From NCBI GenBank assembly GCA_002104905.1, contig MCFE01000034.1, forward strand, positions 1 through 64,000: a stretch of DNA of 64,000 nucleotides. The letters are read 5' to 3'. Origin of the DNA: Basidiobolus meristosporus CBS 931.73 (lineage: Eukaryota; Fungi; Basidiobolomycota). Below are positions 38,201 through 42,377 of this stretch, piece after piece. Positions within the stretch are counted from its first letter, which is position 1, and each line of letters begins with the position of its first letter. The position numbers were made by a program, and so were the translations under genes. Below the pieces are notes generated by a model. That model ran no database searches, was not told where the DNA came from, and saw only the letters and a list, made by a program, of their open reading frames with translations.

Positions 38201-41200
38201 ACTTGCTGGGCTTCTCAGAGTGCGACGATTCTCTGGGTCTGTGACCTGATTCTGTGTGAGTAGGCTTCGCAGTTGACTCCATGTGGCTTTCACTGTGAGC
38301 GTGTTCGGTGGGATGCGCTGATTTGACGGACTCCGCGTGGACTGACTTCGAAGTTGCTTTATTGTGATCAGCAGATTTGGATTGCCCTGCGGGCATCCGA
38401 GGTGAGGAACAAGACTTTGACTCGCTATGAACCGGCTTCGAAGAAGGCCTGTCATGACCCTGCGGCTCCGAGTGCTTAGTTGGCTTTCCTGAGTGAGAGT
38501 ATTCCTTGGATCTGTGTACCGATTCCGAGTGACTAGGCTTCGCAGTTGACTCCGTGTGGCTGTGGCTGTGAGCGTGTTCGGTGGGATGTGCTGATTTGAC
38601 GGACTCCGCGTGAACTGACTTCGAAGTTGCTTTATTGTGATCAGCAGATTTGGATTGCCCTGCGGGCATCCGAGGTGAGGAACACGACTTTGACTCGCTA
38701 TGAACCGGCTTCGAAGAAGGCCTGTCATGACCCTGTGGCTCCGAGTGCTTGGTGGGCCTTTCTGAGTGAGAGTATTCCTTGGATCTGTGTACCGATTCCG
38801 AGTGACTAGACTTCGCAGTTGACCCCATATGGCTTTCACTGTTAGCGTGTTCGGTGGGATGTGCTGATTTGACGGACTCCGTGTGAACTGACTGCGAAGT
38901 TGCTTTATTGTGATCAGCAGATTTGGATTGCCCTGCGGGCATCCGAGGTGAGGAACACGACTTTGACTCGCTATGAACTGGCTTCGAAGAAGGCCTGTCA
39001 TGACCCTGTGGCTCCGAGTGCTTGGTGGGCTTTTCTGAGTGAGAGTATTCCTTGGATCTGTGTACCGATTCCGAGTGACTAGGCTTCGCAGTTGACTCCG
39101 TGTGGCTTTCACTGTTAGCGTGTTCGGTGGGATGCGCTGATTTGGCGGACTCCGCGTGGACTGACTTCGAAGTTGCTTTATTGTGATCAGCAGATTTGGA
39201 TTGCCCTGCGGGCATCCGAGGTGAGGAACACGACTTTGACTCGCTATGAACTGGCTTCGAAGAAGGCTTGTCATGACCCTGTGGCTCCGAGTGCTTAGTT
39301 GGCTTTTCTGAGTGAGAGTATTCCTTGGATCTGTGTACCGATTCCGAGTGACTAGGCTTCGCAGTTGACTCCATGTGGCTGTGGCTGTGGCTGTGAGCGT
39401 GTTCGGTGGTATGTGCTGATTTGACGGGCTCCGTGTGAACTGACTTCGAAGTTGCTTTATTGTGATCAGCAGATTTGGATTGCCCTGCGGGCATCCGAGG
39501 TGAGGAACACGACTTTGACTCGCTATGAACTGGCTTCGAAGAAGGCTTGTCGTGACCCTGTGGCTCCGAGTGCTTGGTGGGCCTTTCTGAGTGAGAGTAT
39601 TCCTTGGATCTGTGTACCGATTCCGAGTGACTAGGCTTCGCAGTTGACTCCATGTGGCTGTGGCTGTGGCTGTGAGCTTGTTCGGTGGGATGTGCTGATT
39701 TGACGGACTCCGTGTGGACTGACTTCGAAGTTGCTTTATTGTGATCAGCAGATTTGGGTTGCCCTGCGGGCATCCGAGGTGAGGAACAAGACTTTGACTC
39801 GCTATGAACCGGCTTCAAAGAAGGCTTGTCATGACCCTGTGGCTCCGAGTGCTTGGTGGGCTTTTCTGAGTGAGAGTATTCCTTGGATCTGTGTACCGGT
39901 TCCGAGTGACTAGACTTCGCAGTTGACTCCATATGGCTTTCACTGTTAGCGTGTTCGGTGGGATGCGCTGATTTGACGGACTCCGTGTGGACTGACTTCG
40001 AAGTTGCTTTATTGTGATCAACAGATTTGGATTGCCCTGCGGGCATCCGAGGTGAGGAACACGACTTTGACTCGCTATGAACCGGCTTCGAAGAAGGCCT
40101 GTCATGACCCTGTGGCTCCGAGTGCTTGGTGGGCCTTTCTGAGTGAGAGTATTCCTTGGATCTGTGTACCGATTCCGAGTGACTAGGCTTCGCAGTTGAC
40201 TCCATGTGGCTGTGGCTGTGGCTGTGAGCGTGTTCGGTGGGATGTGCTGATTTGACGGACTCCGTGTGAACTGACTGCGAAGTTGCTTTATTGTGATCAG
40301 CAGATTTGGATTGCCCTGCGGGCATCCGAGGTGAGGAACAAGACTTTGACTCGCTATGAACTGGCTTCGAAGAAGGCCTGTCATGACCCTGTGGCTCCGA
40401 GTGCTTAGTTGGCTTTTCTGAGTGAGAGTATTCCTTGGATCTGTGTACTGATTCTGTGTGAATAGGCTTCTTAAATGAGTCAATATGGGTATTACTGTGA
40501 GTTCGATCGTGGGGCATCTCTGATCGAGATGATTTGGTGGTTGGTGTATATGAAGGTTTTGAGGTAATTGGTGCTTCTGAAGCAGACATGACTGATTTCC
40601 CTTTCGGTGGAGCTCCAGCACAAGCAGGGCCGTTCGTAGTCATTAGGCAGACTTGACTCCCACTACAACTGTATTTTTTTATGACCCCGTTAATGCAAGC
40701 ATTAACAACTCCTGTTCTACGTTCGTCTTCGCATGTGGCTGCTTGACACTCTGGCTTCTTAGGAATCTGTGGCGTAAACTTGCTTTCATGAGGGACAGAT
40801 TTACTTACAGTTAATGTTCCTGGTGGAGAAGTAGGAGTGTTAGATCTATCGCTACTTCTTACAAGAGTGGAAGTAGTGGAGTCTGATTTATCGCTACGTC
40901 TTTTAAGGGTAGAAGTAGCCGAGTTAGACTTATCGCTGCTTCTTTTAAGGGTAGAAGTAACCGAGCTAGATTTATCACTACTTGTCGGGATTGAACTAAC
41001 TGTGTCGGTTTTATGGCTACCTCTTTTAAGTGAAGTAGATGTGCCAGGTTGATCGCCGCTTCCCATCAAGGTAGAAGAATGTGTACTTGTTGTACTAACG
41101 GTTGAATGTGAGGTTTGGAGGTCAGCAATTTGCAAAATGCACTCGATTCCCTCCCACTGACGGCTCCAGCTTACCCAATCTATGCATATCGCTGTTCCTT

Positions 41201-42329
41201 GGCAGTTGAACTGAACCATCTCGCCATTGATGCATTTCTTGAATTGTCTACTCTGACCTGGGTCAACACATTGATATTCGGCCGGGCAGTTGTTCTTTTT
41301 TGAGACAGTAACCACAGCTGTTGTTTCGGCCACCATATGAGTAACCACCTTGGTTTGGAGTACAACGCTTTCCACGATATCTAAGGTTGATGATGCAGGT
41401 TCCACGGAAGGCGAATTTACAATGGGATTCTCGACTTTCATCTCAACACATCCTTGCTTCTCTTTACATATCGTTCCGGTGGGGCACATCGTCGTTTGCC
41501 ATTGACCATTTATACATAACGCAAGTGCGTCTCTACCAGAACATGAGAACTCGAATTCTTTCGGACATGGGCCACTCAGTGGTTTGTAGTTTCCTTCGGA
41601 ACCGGGAAGTATACACCCTAGGTTCTCTTTACATATTTGATTTCCGCTACATGTCTCGATTGTCGGTTCGCCAAAACTCGGGCAGTATTGCATTGTGTGT
41701 TTGTCTATGCAAGACCAAGGTACATCTGGATTGCATTTATTTTGAGTGTTAGGTGCGTGAATGGGTTTGCACCCTGGCTGACCATTGCTCATTTGGCAGT
41801 TATACCCGCTTGAACAGGCTACTTCGGCGACATTCCCCTTGTAGCAAGTTAGATATCGATCCTTGCTTAGGCATCTGCCTTTGTAAGTGGACGGGCTGCA
41901 TCCCATCGTTACGACTGCCTGGGATGTCTCCGCGGACTGGTGGACAGAAAGGGAGGTAACAGCAATCATGCCAGTTGTAAGTGAGGAGGCTTTCATTGGT
42001 AATTCGCATTGGGCCCGACCGGCACCGTCAGAAACGCAAACATACTGTTGTCTGACTGGTTTGTATTGGGTTGGGCAAGCGTATACCACCCAATAGCCGT
42101 TCATGCACATTTTGTACTGGTGATTGTCGTTGGGCATGCAATAGACCTGGCCTTCGTTACATCGCTGGGCTAATGTCGTAACGGCGATTCCTTGAGATAG
42201 CGTCGAGGTCAGCCCGTGAACGGTATTGATCGAACCTGGTTGAAATGTTGCTGTTTCTGGTAGTAGGGGAGACCCCCAAACAGGTGCTAACAGAGCAAAG
42301 TAAGCTGCCAACACAGCGTTTACCTTCAT
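20244..42329 (-). CDS. Giant secreted His/Ser-rich repeat protein with terminal 6-Cys CBM19-like modules (gene A), 7361 aa, intronless
   Basis: One uninterrupted 22,086-bp ORF. Signal peptide MKVNAVLAAYFALLAPVWG; six N-terminal C..C..CxxG..C..C..C modules; about 6,600 aa of H/S/K/E/T/P repeats; a C-terminal module CVNGRYTC...FVCSNG...CASGTVC...IICDWI. No TM or GPI signal. The CBM19 assignment is by Cys pattern only. Confidence 0.9.
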   Translation of the reverse strand: MKVNAVLAAYFALLAPVWGSPLLPETATFQPGSINTVHGLTSTLSQGIAVTTLAQRCNEGQVYCMPNDNHQYKMCMNGYWVVYACPTQYKPVRQQYVCVSDGAGRAQCELPMKASSLTTGMIAVTSLSVHQSAETSQAVVTMGCSPSTYKGRCLSKDRYLTCYKGNVAEVACSSGYNCQMSNGQPGCKPIHAPNTQNKCNPDVPWSCIDKHTMQYCPSFGEPTIETCSGNQICKENLGCILPGSEGNYKPLSGPCPKEFEFSCSGRDALALCINGQWQTTMCPTGTICKEKQGCVEMKVENPIVNSPSVEPASSTLDIVESVVLQTKVVTHMVAETTAVVTVSKKNNCPAEYQCVDPGQSRQFKKCINGEMVQFNCQGTAICIDWVSWSRQWEGIECILQIADLQTSHSTVSTTSTHSSTLMGSGDQPGTSTSLKRGSHKTDTVSSIPTSSDKSSSVTSTLKRSSDKSNSATSTLKRRSDKSDSTTSTLVRSSDRSNTPTSPPGTLTVSKSVPHESKFTPQIPKKPECQAATCEDERRTGVVNACINGVIKKYSCSGSQVCLMTTNGPACAGAPPKGKSVMSASEAPITSKPSYTPTTKSSRSEMPHDRTHSNTHIDSFKKPIHTESVHRSKEYSHSEKPTKHSEPQGHDRPSSKPVHSESKSCSSPRMPAGQSKSADHNKATSQSVHTESVKSAHPTEHAHSHSHSHMESTAKPSHSESVHRSKEYSHSERPTKHSEPQGHDRPSSKPVHSESKSCSSPRMPAGQSKSVDHNKATSKSVHTESVKSAHPTEHANSESHMESTAKSSHSEPVHRSKEYSHSEKPTKHSEPQGHDKPSLKPVHSESKSCSSPRMPAGQPKSADHNKATSKSVHTESVKSAHPTEQAHSHSHSHMESTAKPSHSESVHRSKEYSHSERPTKHSEPQGHDKPSSKPVHSESKSCSSPRMPAGQSKSADHNKATSKSVHTEPVKSAHTTEHAHSHSHSHMESTAKPSHSESVHRSKEYSHSEKPTKHSEPQGHDKPSSKPVHSESKSCSSPRMPAGQSKSADHNKATSKSVHAESAKSAHPTEHANSESHTESTAKPSHSESVHRSKEYSHSEKPTKHSEPQGHDRPSSKPVHSESKSCSSPRMPAGQSKSADHNKATSQSVHTESVKSAHPTEHANSESHMGSTAKSSHSESVHRSKEYSHSERPTKHSEPQGHDRPSSKPVHSESKSCSSPRMPAGQSKSADHNKATSKSVHAESVKSAHPTEHAHSHSHTESTAKPSHSESVHRSKEYSHSGKPTKHSEPQGHDRPSSKPVHSESKSCSSPRMPAGQSKSADHNKATSKSVHAESVKSAHPTEHAHSESHMESTAKPTHTESGHRPRESSHSEKPSKYIHNESHTESSVKQSSHSEKPTRRHETSDHDSPSSKPVHKASGTVSPSEKSINHIRSENHVDSPLKPTHSGSIHRHKEPSQSDVPTKHPQSQHHDKSSLKTTHPESSKLLSSEKPTGHTRTESHVDSSVKPIHSESEHRSKESSHLDKPTEHSKSAAHHKVTSKPVHTEHGISSQPAKPTEHVQSENHVVSSVKPSHSESEYRSKETSHYEKSNAHSKSADHEMTASQPARTKSVTSLHSRKTPEHVQSESHATSSVKHTYSESGHRSMESSDTEKTPEHTKSPDHDKASSKSHSEKPSEHTKSDDHGKSTSKPVHTESYKSSHSEKPTEHIHSKSNINSSVKPTHSESVHRPRESSHSDKHSRHSKSANHNMPTSKTVHTDSDKSAAHSEKPTERIHSESHEESSMKPTHSGSEHRHRESSHSDKPSRHSKSADHNIPTSKTVHTDSGKSAHSEKPTERVHSESHEESSVKPTHSESEHVPRESSHSDQHNEHSKSADHGKSPSKSVHTNSIKSAHSERPTKHVHSDSHIGSSVKPTHAESEHRSKWSSHLEKSTEHSKSAEHEMITSKSAHTNSEMSRHSVKPSARAHSESHVDSSVMRTHSESEYRPKESSRSEKSTQYIHDTSHTESLVKPTHSEAEHKSKEPPHSKKPTEHIPSVSHDGSSVKSAHSESEHRSKEPWHSESKQRHIESSQSEISPEHTKTTSKPIHRESQKSSYTEKPTERAHSKSHLGSSVKPTHLKSEHSHGISSHSEHSQSSEHKKTTSKPAHTESTEHIHSESHIESSVKPTHSESERIPKESSHSKKTTEHVQSESNVASSVRHTPSESEHRHKKSSHSEKSTEHIHNESHIDSSLSHSEKPTEHYKSQGHDKTTTKPVHSQSQKLSPSENPTGRTPIESHVKSSVKAQHSASVSQSKEMSHTNKSTGRSQSLHHDSSTSKSVHSESENADKTAKPTEHTHSGSHISSFVKPTHSESEHKSKELSHSEKSTEHSKSAEHVKTTSKPDYTKSEKSSHTEKPTEHIHTESHINSSVRPSYSNSDHRPKEPSHYENSTKYSKSAEHEKTTSKPAHTGSDKSSHSEKPTERAHSDSHVDSSVKPIHSESEHRSKESSHLDKPTEHSKSAAHHKVTSKPVHTEPEKSSRSKKTTENVRSQSHVDSTVKASHTESEHRPRESSHYEKPTDHSKSAKHEMPTLRPDRTKSEKSTHSAKPTERAHSDRHPESSVRSKHSKSEQGHRESSYSEKPTKHIKSPGSSDSQKSIEPLKSTYHGESTSMSMHTRPEKSYKSAKHEKITSKPAHTESDKSPHSEKSTGRAHSYSHIYSSVKPIHSESEHRSKKSSHLEKSTEHSKSADHHKATSKPTYSESQKPSRSEESTEHAHSESHISSFVKSTHSESEHRARGSSHSNNPSDHSKSAADDRSTPKSVPTNSDNSAHSAKPTEHVHSDSNIESSVKSTHSESEHRHMESSHSDKPSRHSKSADHGMPTSKLVHTTSDNSAHSEPTHSESEHGRKEHSHLERSTEHIRSLTHIDSSTKSTHPESEHRPRESSHSHKHSEHSKSADNVQSTSKLVHTTSDKSAHSETPTERLHSESHVNSSVKSTRSESKHINSQTHIDSSMKPSHSESVHRHQDSSRSDRPREHSKSADHDKSTSKSVHTSDGKSAHPASPTKHVRSESHVDSSAKPTHSESRHTPTQAHWDSSVKPTHSESVHRHKDSYHSDKHSVHSESADHVQSTSKLAHTTSDNSAHSEKPTKYVHSDSHIESSVKPTHSESEHRHKEHSHSERSTEHVHSQTHMDSSMKPTHSESEHRARGSSHSNNPSDHSKSAADDRSTPKSVPTNSDNSAHSAKPTEHVHGDSHIESSVKSTHSESEHRHMESSHSDKPSRHSKSADHGMPTSKSVHTDSDKSAAHSEKPTERVHSESHEESSMKPTHSESVRRHKEHSQSDKPSRHYKSADHDMPTSNTVHTNSGKSAQSEKPTERAHSESHVESSVEPTHSESEHRHVESSHSGKHSEHYKSTDHSMPTSRSVHTDSNKPAHSEKPTERVRSNSHNASLVKSTHSESEPRHRESSHSEKPSKHPKSADHNTTTSKSVRTYSSRSARSEKPTEHVHSESHEESSMKPTHVDSEHRPRESSHSDKNGEHSKSADHRKSTSKSVHTDSDKSAAHSEKPTERIHSDSHEESSMKPTHSGSEHVPRESSHSDKPSRHSKSADHDMPTSKSVHTDSDKSAAHSEKPTERVHSESHEESSMKPTHSESVRRHKESSHSDKNGEHSKSADHNIPTSKLVHTNSGKSAQSEKPTERAHSESHVESSVEPTHSESEHRHMESSHSDKNGEHSKSADHGKSTSKSVHTDSNKPAHSEKPTERVRSNSHIASSVKSTHSESEPRHRESSHSDKPSRHSKSADHDMPTSKSVHTDSGKSAQSEKPTERAHSESHVESSVEPTHSESEHRHVESSHSGKHSEHYKSTDHSMPTSRSVHTDSNKPAHSEKPTERVRSNSHNASFVKSTHSESEPRHRESSHSDKPSKHPKSVDHNTTTSKSVRTYSSRSARSEKPTEHVHSESHEESSMKPTHVDSEHRPRESSHSDKNGEHSKSADHRKSTSKSVHTDSDKSAAHSEKPTERIHSESHEESSMKPTYSGSEHRPRESSHSDKPSRHSKSADHDMPTSKSVHTDSDKSAAHSEKPTKRVHSESHEESSMKPTHSESVRRHKESSHSDKNGEHSKSADHNIPTSKSVHTNSGKSAQSENPTERAHSESHVESSVEPTHSESEHRHVESSHSDKNGEHSKSADHGKSTSKSIHTDSNKPAHSEKPTERVRSNSHIASSVKSTHSESEPRHRESSHSDKPSKHPKSADHNTTTSKSVRTYSSSSARSEKPTEHVHSESHVESSMKPTNVDSEHRPRESFHSDEHSEHSKSADHGKSTSKSVHTDSDKSATHSEKPTERIHSESHEESSMKPTHSGSEHRPRESSHSDKPSRHSKSADHDIPTSKTVHTDSIKSAHSEKPTERVHSESHEESSVKPTHSESEHVPRESSHSDQHNEHSKSADHGKSPSKSVHTNSIKSAHSERPTKHVHSDSHIGSSVKPTHAESEHRSKWSSHLEKSTEHSKSAEHEMITSKSAHTNSEMSRHSEKPSARAHSESHVDSSVMRTHSESEYRPKESSRSEKSTQHIHDTSHTESLVKPTHSEAEHKSKEPPHSKMPTEHIPSVSHDGSSVKSAHSESEHRSKEPWHSESKQRHIESSQSEISPEHTKTTSKPIHTDSGKSAQSEKRTEHVHSNSHTASSGKPTHSASEPRHRELSHSDKHSETSKSADHVRSTSKLVHTNSIKSAHSEKPTERIHSESHIETSVKSIHSESVHRHQEHSHSDKPGEHSKSADHRKSTSNGVHSYSSRSAHSEKPTGHVRSESHSESSVKPTHSESEHKHWESSLSHKPNEHSKSADRDKSTSKSVHTNSHKSVHSEKPTQHIHSESHVKSTVKPTDSESEHRHRESSYSDKPNEHSKSADHVKSASILVHTTSDNSAHSEPTHSESKHGHKEHSHLERSTEHIRSLTHIDSSTKSTHPESEHRPRESSHSHKHSEHSKSADNVQSTSKLVHTTSDKSAHSEKPTERLHSESHVNSSVKPTRSESKHINSQSRVSPSVKPSHSESVHRHQDSSRSDRPREHSKSADHDKSTSKSVHTSDGKSAHPASPTKHVRSESHVDSSAKPTHSESRRTPTQAHWDSSVKPTHSESVHRHKDSYRSDKHSVHSESADHVQSTSKLAHTTSDNSAHSEKPTKYVHSDSHIESSVKPTHSESEHGHKEHSHLERSTEHIRSLTHIDSSTKSTHPESEHRPRESSHSHKHSEHSKSADNAQSTSKLVHTTSDKSAHSEKPTERLHSESHVNSSVKPTRSESKHINSQTHIDSSMKPSHSESVHRHQDSSRSDRPREHSKSAEHDKSTSKSVHTSDDKSAHSARPAKHVRSDSHIESSMMPTHSESEHGHKVHSHSEKSTEHIHSQTHIDSSVKSTHSESVHRTRGSSPHKLSKHSKSTDHDMPTSKSVHTNSSKSVHSEKPTERVHSESHVESSMKPTHSESEHRPRESSYSDKPREHSKSADHSRLTSRSVLPKSANSEMPTEHVHSESHVKSSVNSIHTKSEHRLTESSHSKKSTEHAHIDRHTESLSNPTQSESHNIPQKSSHLEKSTEHSKSVEHEKTTSKPTHTDSEKSLHSEKPTEHTHSESHVNSSVKPTQSESEHSPKDSSHPEQSTEHLKSTRSSNESSPSAKPTEHSKSAGHDMTTAKAHSESRIAPSVKPTHSESERRPRQSSHSEKSIGHSKSAEHAMTISKSAHTGSEVPSHSENPTEHAHSQTHVDSTTKHTYSDSEHRPKETSHSDKPGKHSKSAAHGKSTSKSVHINSDESAHSEKPTEHVHSESHIESSVKPTHSESVRRHKEHSQSEKSTEHHHIASHTRSLVKPAHSESEHRPKQSSHSEQPTEHLIPTYSSNELSHSEKPTERSKSADHDKTTEKAHSKTHIGSSVKTTHSESEHGPKESSYSEKSTEHSKSTEHEMTTSEPAHTVSETSMHSGKPTGSSHHESRVHSSVKPTQSERRPVKSSHSENSSEHTKSAAHEMSTLKPAHTKSVKSSHSEKPTEHTHSESHVDSTAKPTRSESEYGPKKPSHSEKSTDYSTSAEHETTTPKSAHSESDKLSHSEKPTEHVYSKSHVNSSVKPTRSESEHSHSKTHVDSSVKPSHSESVHRRKETSHSDKSGEHSKSAAQYKSTLKSVHTDFEKSAHSEKPTEHVHSDNHIDSTVKPTHSESVHKHEDSSHSEETTEHVQSQSHAVTSVRPTHSQSVHKPKEPSHSDKSNEHIHSQTHVDSFTKPTHSESEHRPKETSHSDEPSEHSKSADHNMPTSKTVHTDSIKSAHSEKPTERVHSESHVESSVKPTHSESEHVPRESSHSDQHNEHSKSADHGKSPSKSVHTNSDKSAHSEKPTEHVHSGSRIESSVKPAHSESERRPRQSSHSEQSSEHLISTHRFEKSTHTEKSTEHSKSAEHEITTSEPDHTVSKISSHYGTPTESVHSESHVNSSVKSTRSKSAYSHWESSHAEKPTKHSNSESHNFASKSAHSEFMKSSQSAKSAKSENSLEPVKPTEHVDSRSVHSEKSTERSKSADQNNTTQKIHSKSHIESSVQPTPTEPERKAKKSSHSVKPSEHSKAVDHDKTSSEPEHSESDKPSHSEKPTEHVHSEYRSNPSVKPTHSEPVHSYMESSHSKKSVKHSKSAAIKSISEPVHTESDSSSHLKKPTEHVHSESHVESFVNPTRSESGYRPKESSHSEKSTEHSKIAHSKSKKSSQTEMPTEHAHSESHSESIMKPTHPKSEGRSKESSHSRPVHNESDKPTESIHSEQHVESSGKPKESSHRVKPGEHSNSSNNKSISKAVHTETGYSLNSAHTESLVKPTHSESEQRPKRSSHLEKSTEHSKSVEHEKTTSKPTHTDSEKSLHSEKPTEHTHSESHVNSSVKPTQSESEHSPKDSSHPEQSTEHLKSTRSSNESSPSAKPTEHSKSAGHDMTTAKAHSESRIAPSVKPTHSESERRPRQSSHSEKSIGHSKSAEHAMTISKSAHTGSEVPSHSENPTEHAHSQTHVDSTTKHTYSDSEHRPKETSHSDKPGKHSKSAAHGKSTSKSVHINSDESAHSEKPTEHVHSESHIESSVKPTHSESVRRHKEHSQSEKSTEHHHIASHTRSLVKPAHSESEHRPKQSSHSEQPTEHLIPTYSSNELSHSEKPTERSKSADHDKTTEKAHRERHIASSTIYAHTASQVNSSVKPSHSESEHKSTESSHNEKSTEISKSAGVQSPLASSAETLAHVTTVTDGNGNIRTVIDRTIVVEPTVTGSQSPLSSTEATYAPQCATATVVVSVTNIQTVTLHNIHTVTVTRDEKLAKPTFGGDCVNGRYTCFDSGTSRIFFVCSNGRLIQNHCASGTVCKSLGQSIICDWI
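20680..38260 (-). repeat. Degenerate coding tandem array, basic unit ~64-65 aa (~192-195 bp), with higher-order duplications
   Basis: Recurrent SHSEKPTEHVHSESHVESSVKPTHSESEHRPRES-SHSDKPSEHSKSADHDKSTSKSVHTDSDKSA-type units. Recurrent shadow ORFs at offsets of 966, 1350, 3828 and 7656 bp. Confidence 0.92.
38260..40460 (-). repeat. Eight near-identical 91-93 aa (273/279 bp) coding repeats, each with one Cys
   Basis: The motif SKSCSSPRMPAG occurs 8 times. Length variation comes from a (TGTGGC)n hexamer encoding HSHS runs. Confidence 0.92.
40840..41030 (-). repeat. Short 14-aa (42-bp) coding repeats containing KR dibasic sites
   Basis: SDKSSSVTSTLKRS / SDKSNSATSTLKRR / SDKSDSTTSTLVRS, plus an upstream TSLKRG. 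Confidence 0.7.
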
Positions 42330-42369
42330 AATTCGACAGCCCTTCGATGGCTCTAGACTGCTGCCCAGC

Positions 42370-42377
42370 TATTTATA
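42370..42377 (-). promoter_or_regulatory. TATA box of gene A
   Basis: TATAAATA on the minus strand ~41 bp upstream of the ATG. The same motif and spacing occur in gene B. Confidence 0.7.

Noticed and set aside
20680-40460. Regular repeats as a CRISPR array or non-coding satellite
   Set aside because: Unit lengths are multiples of three within one open frame, there are no unique spacers or cas genes, and the context is eukaryotic.
38165-40621. Alternative-frame ORFs of 369 and 268 aa and repeated 60-aa plus-strand ORFs
   Set aside because: Frame-shifted or antisense reads of near-identical repeats; one stop-free unit is simply propagated.
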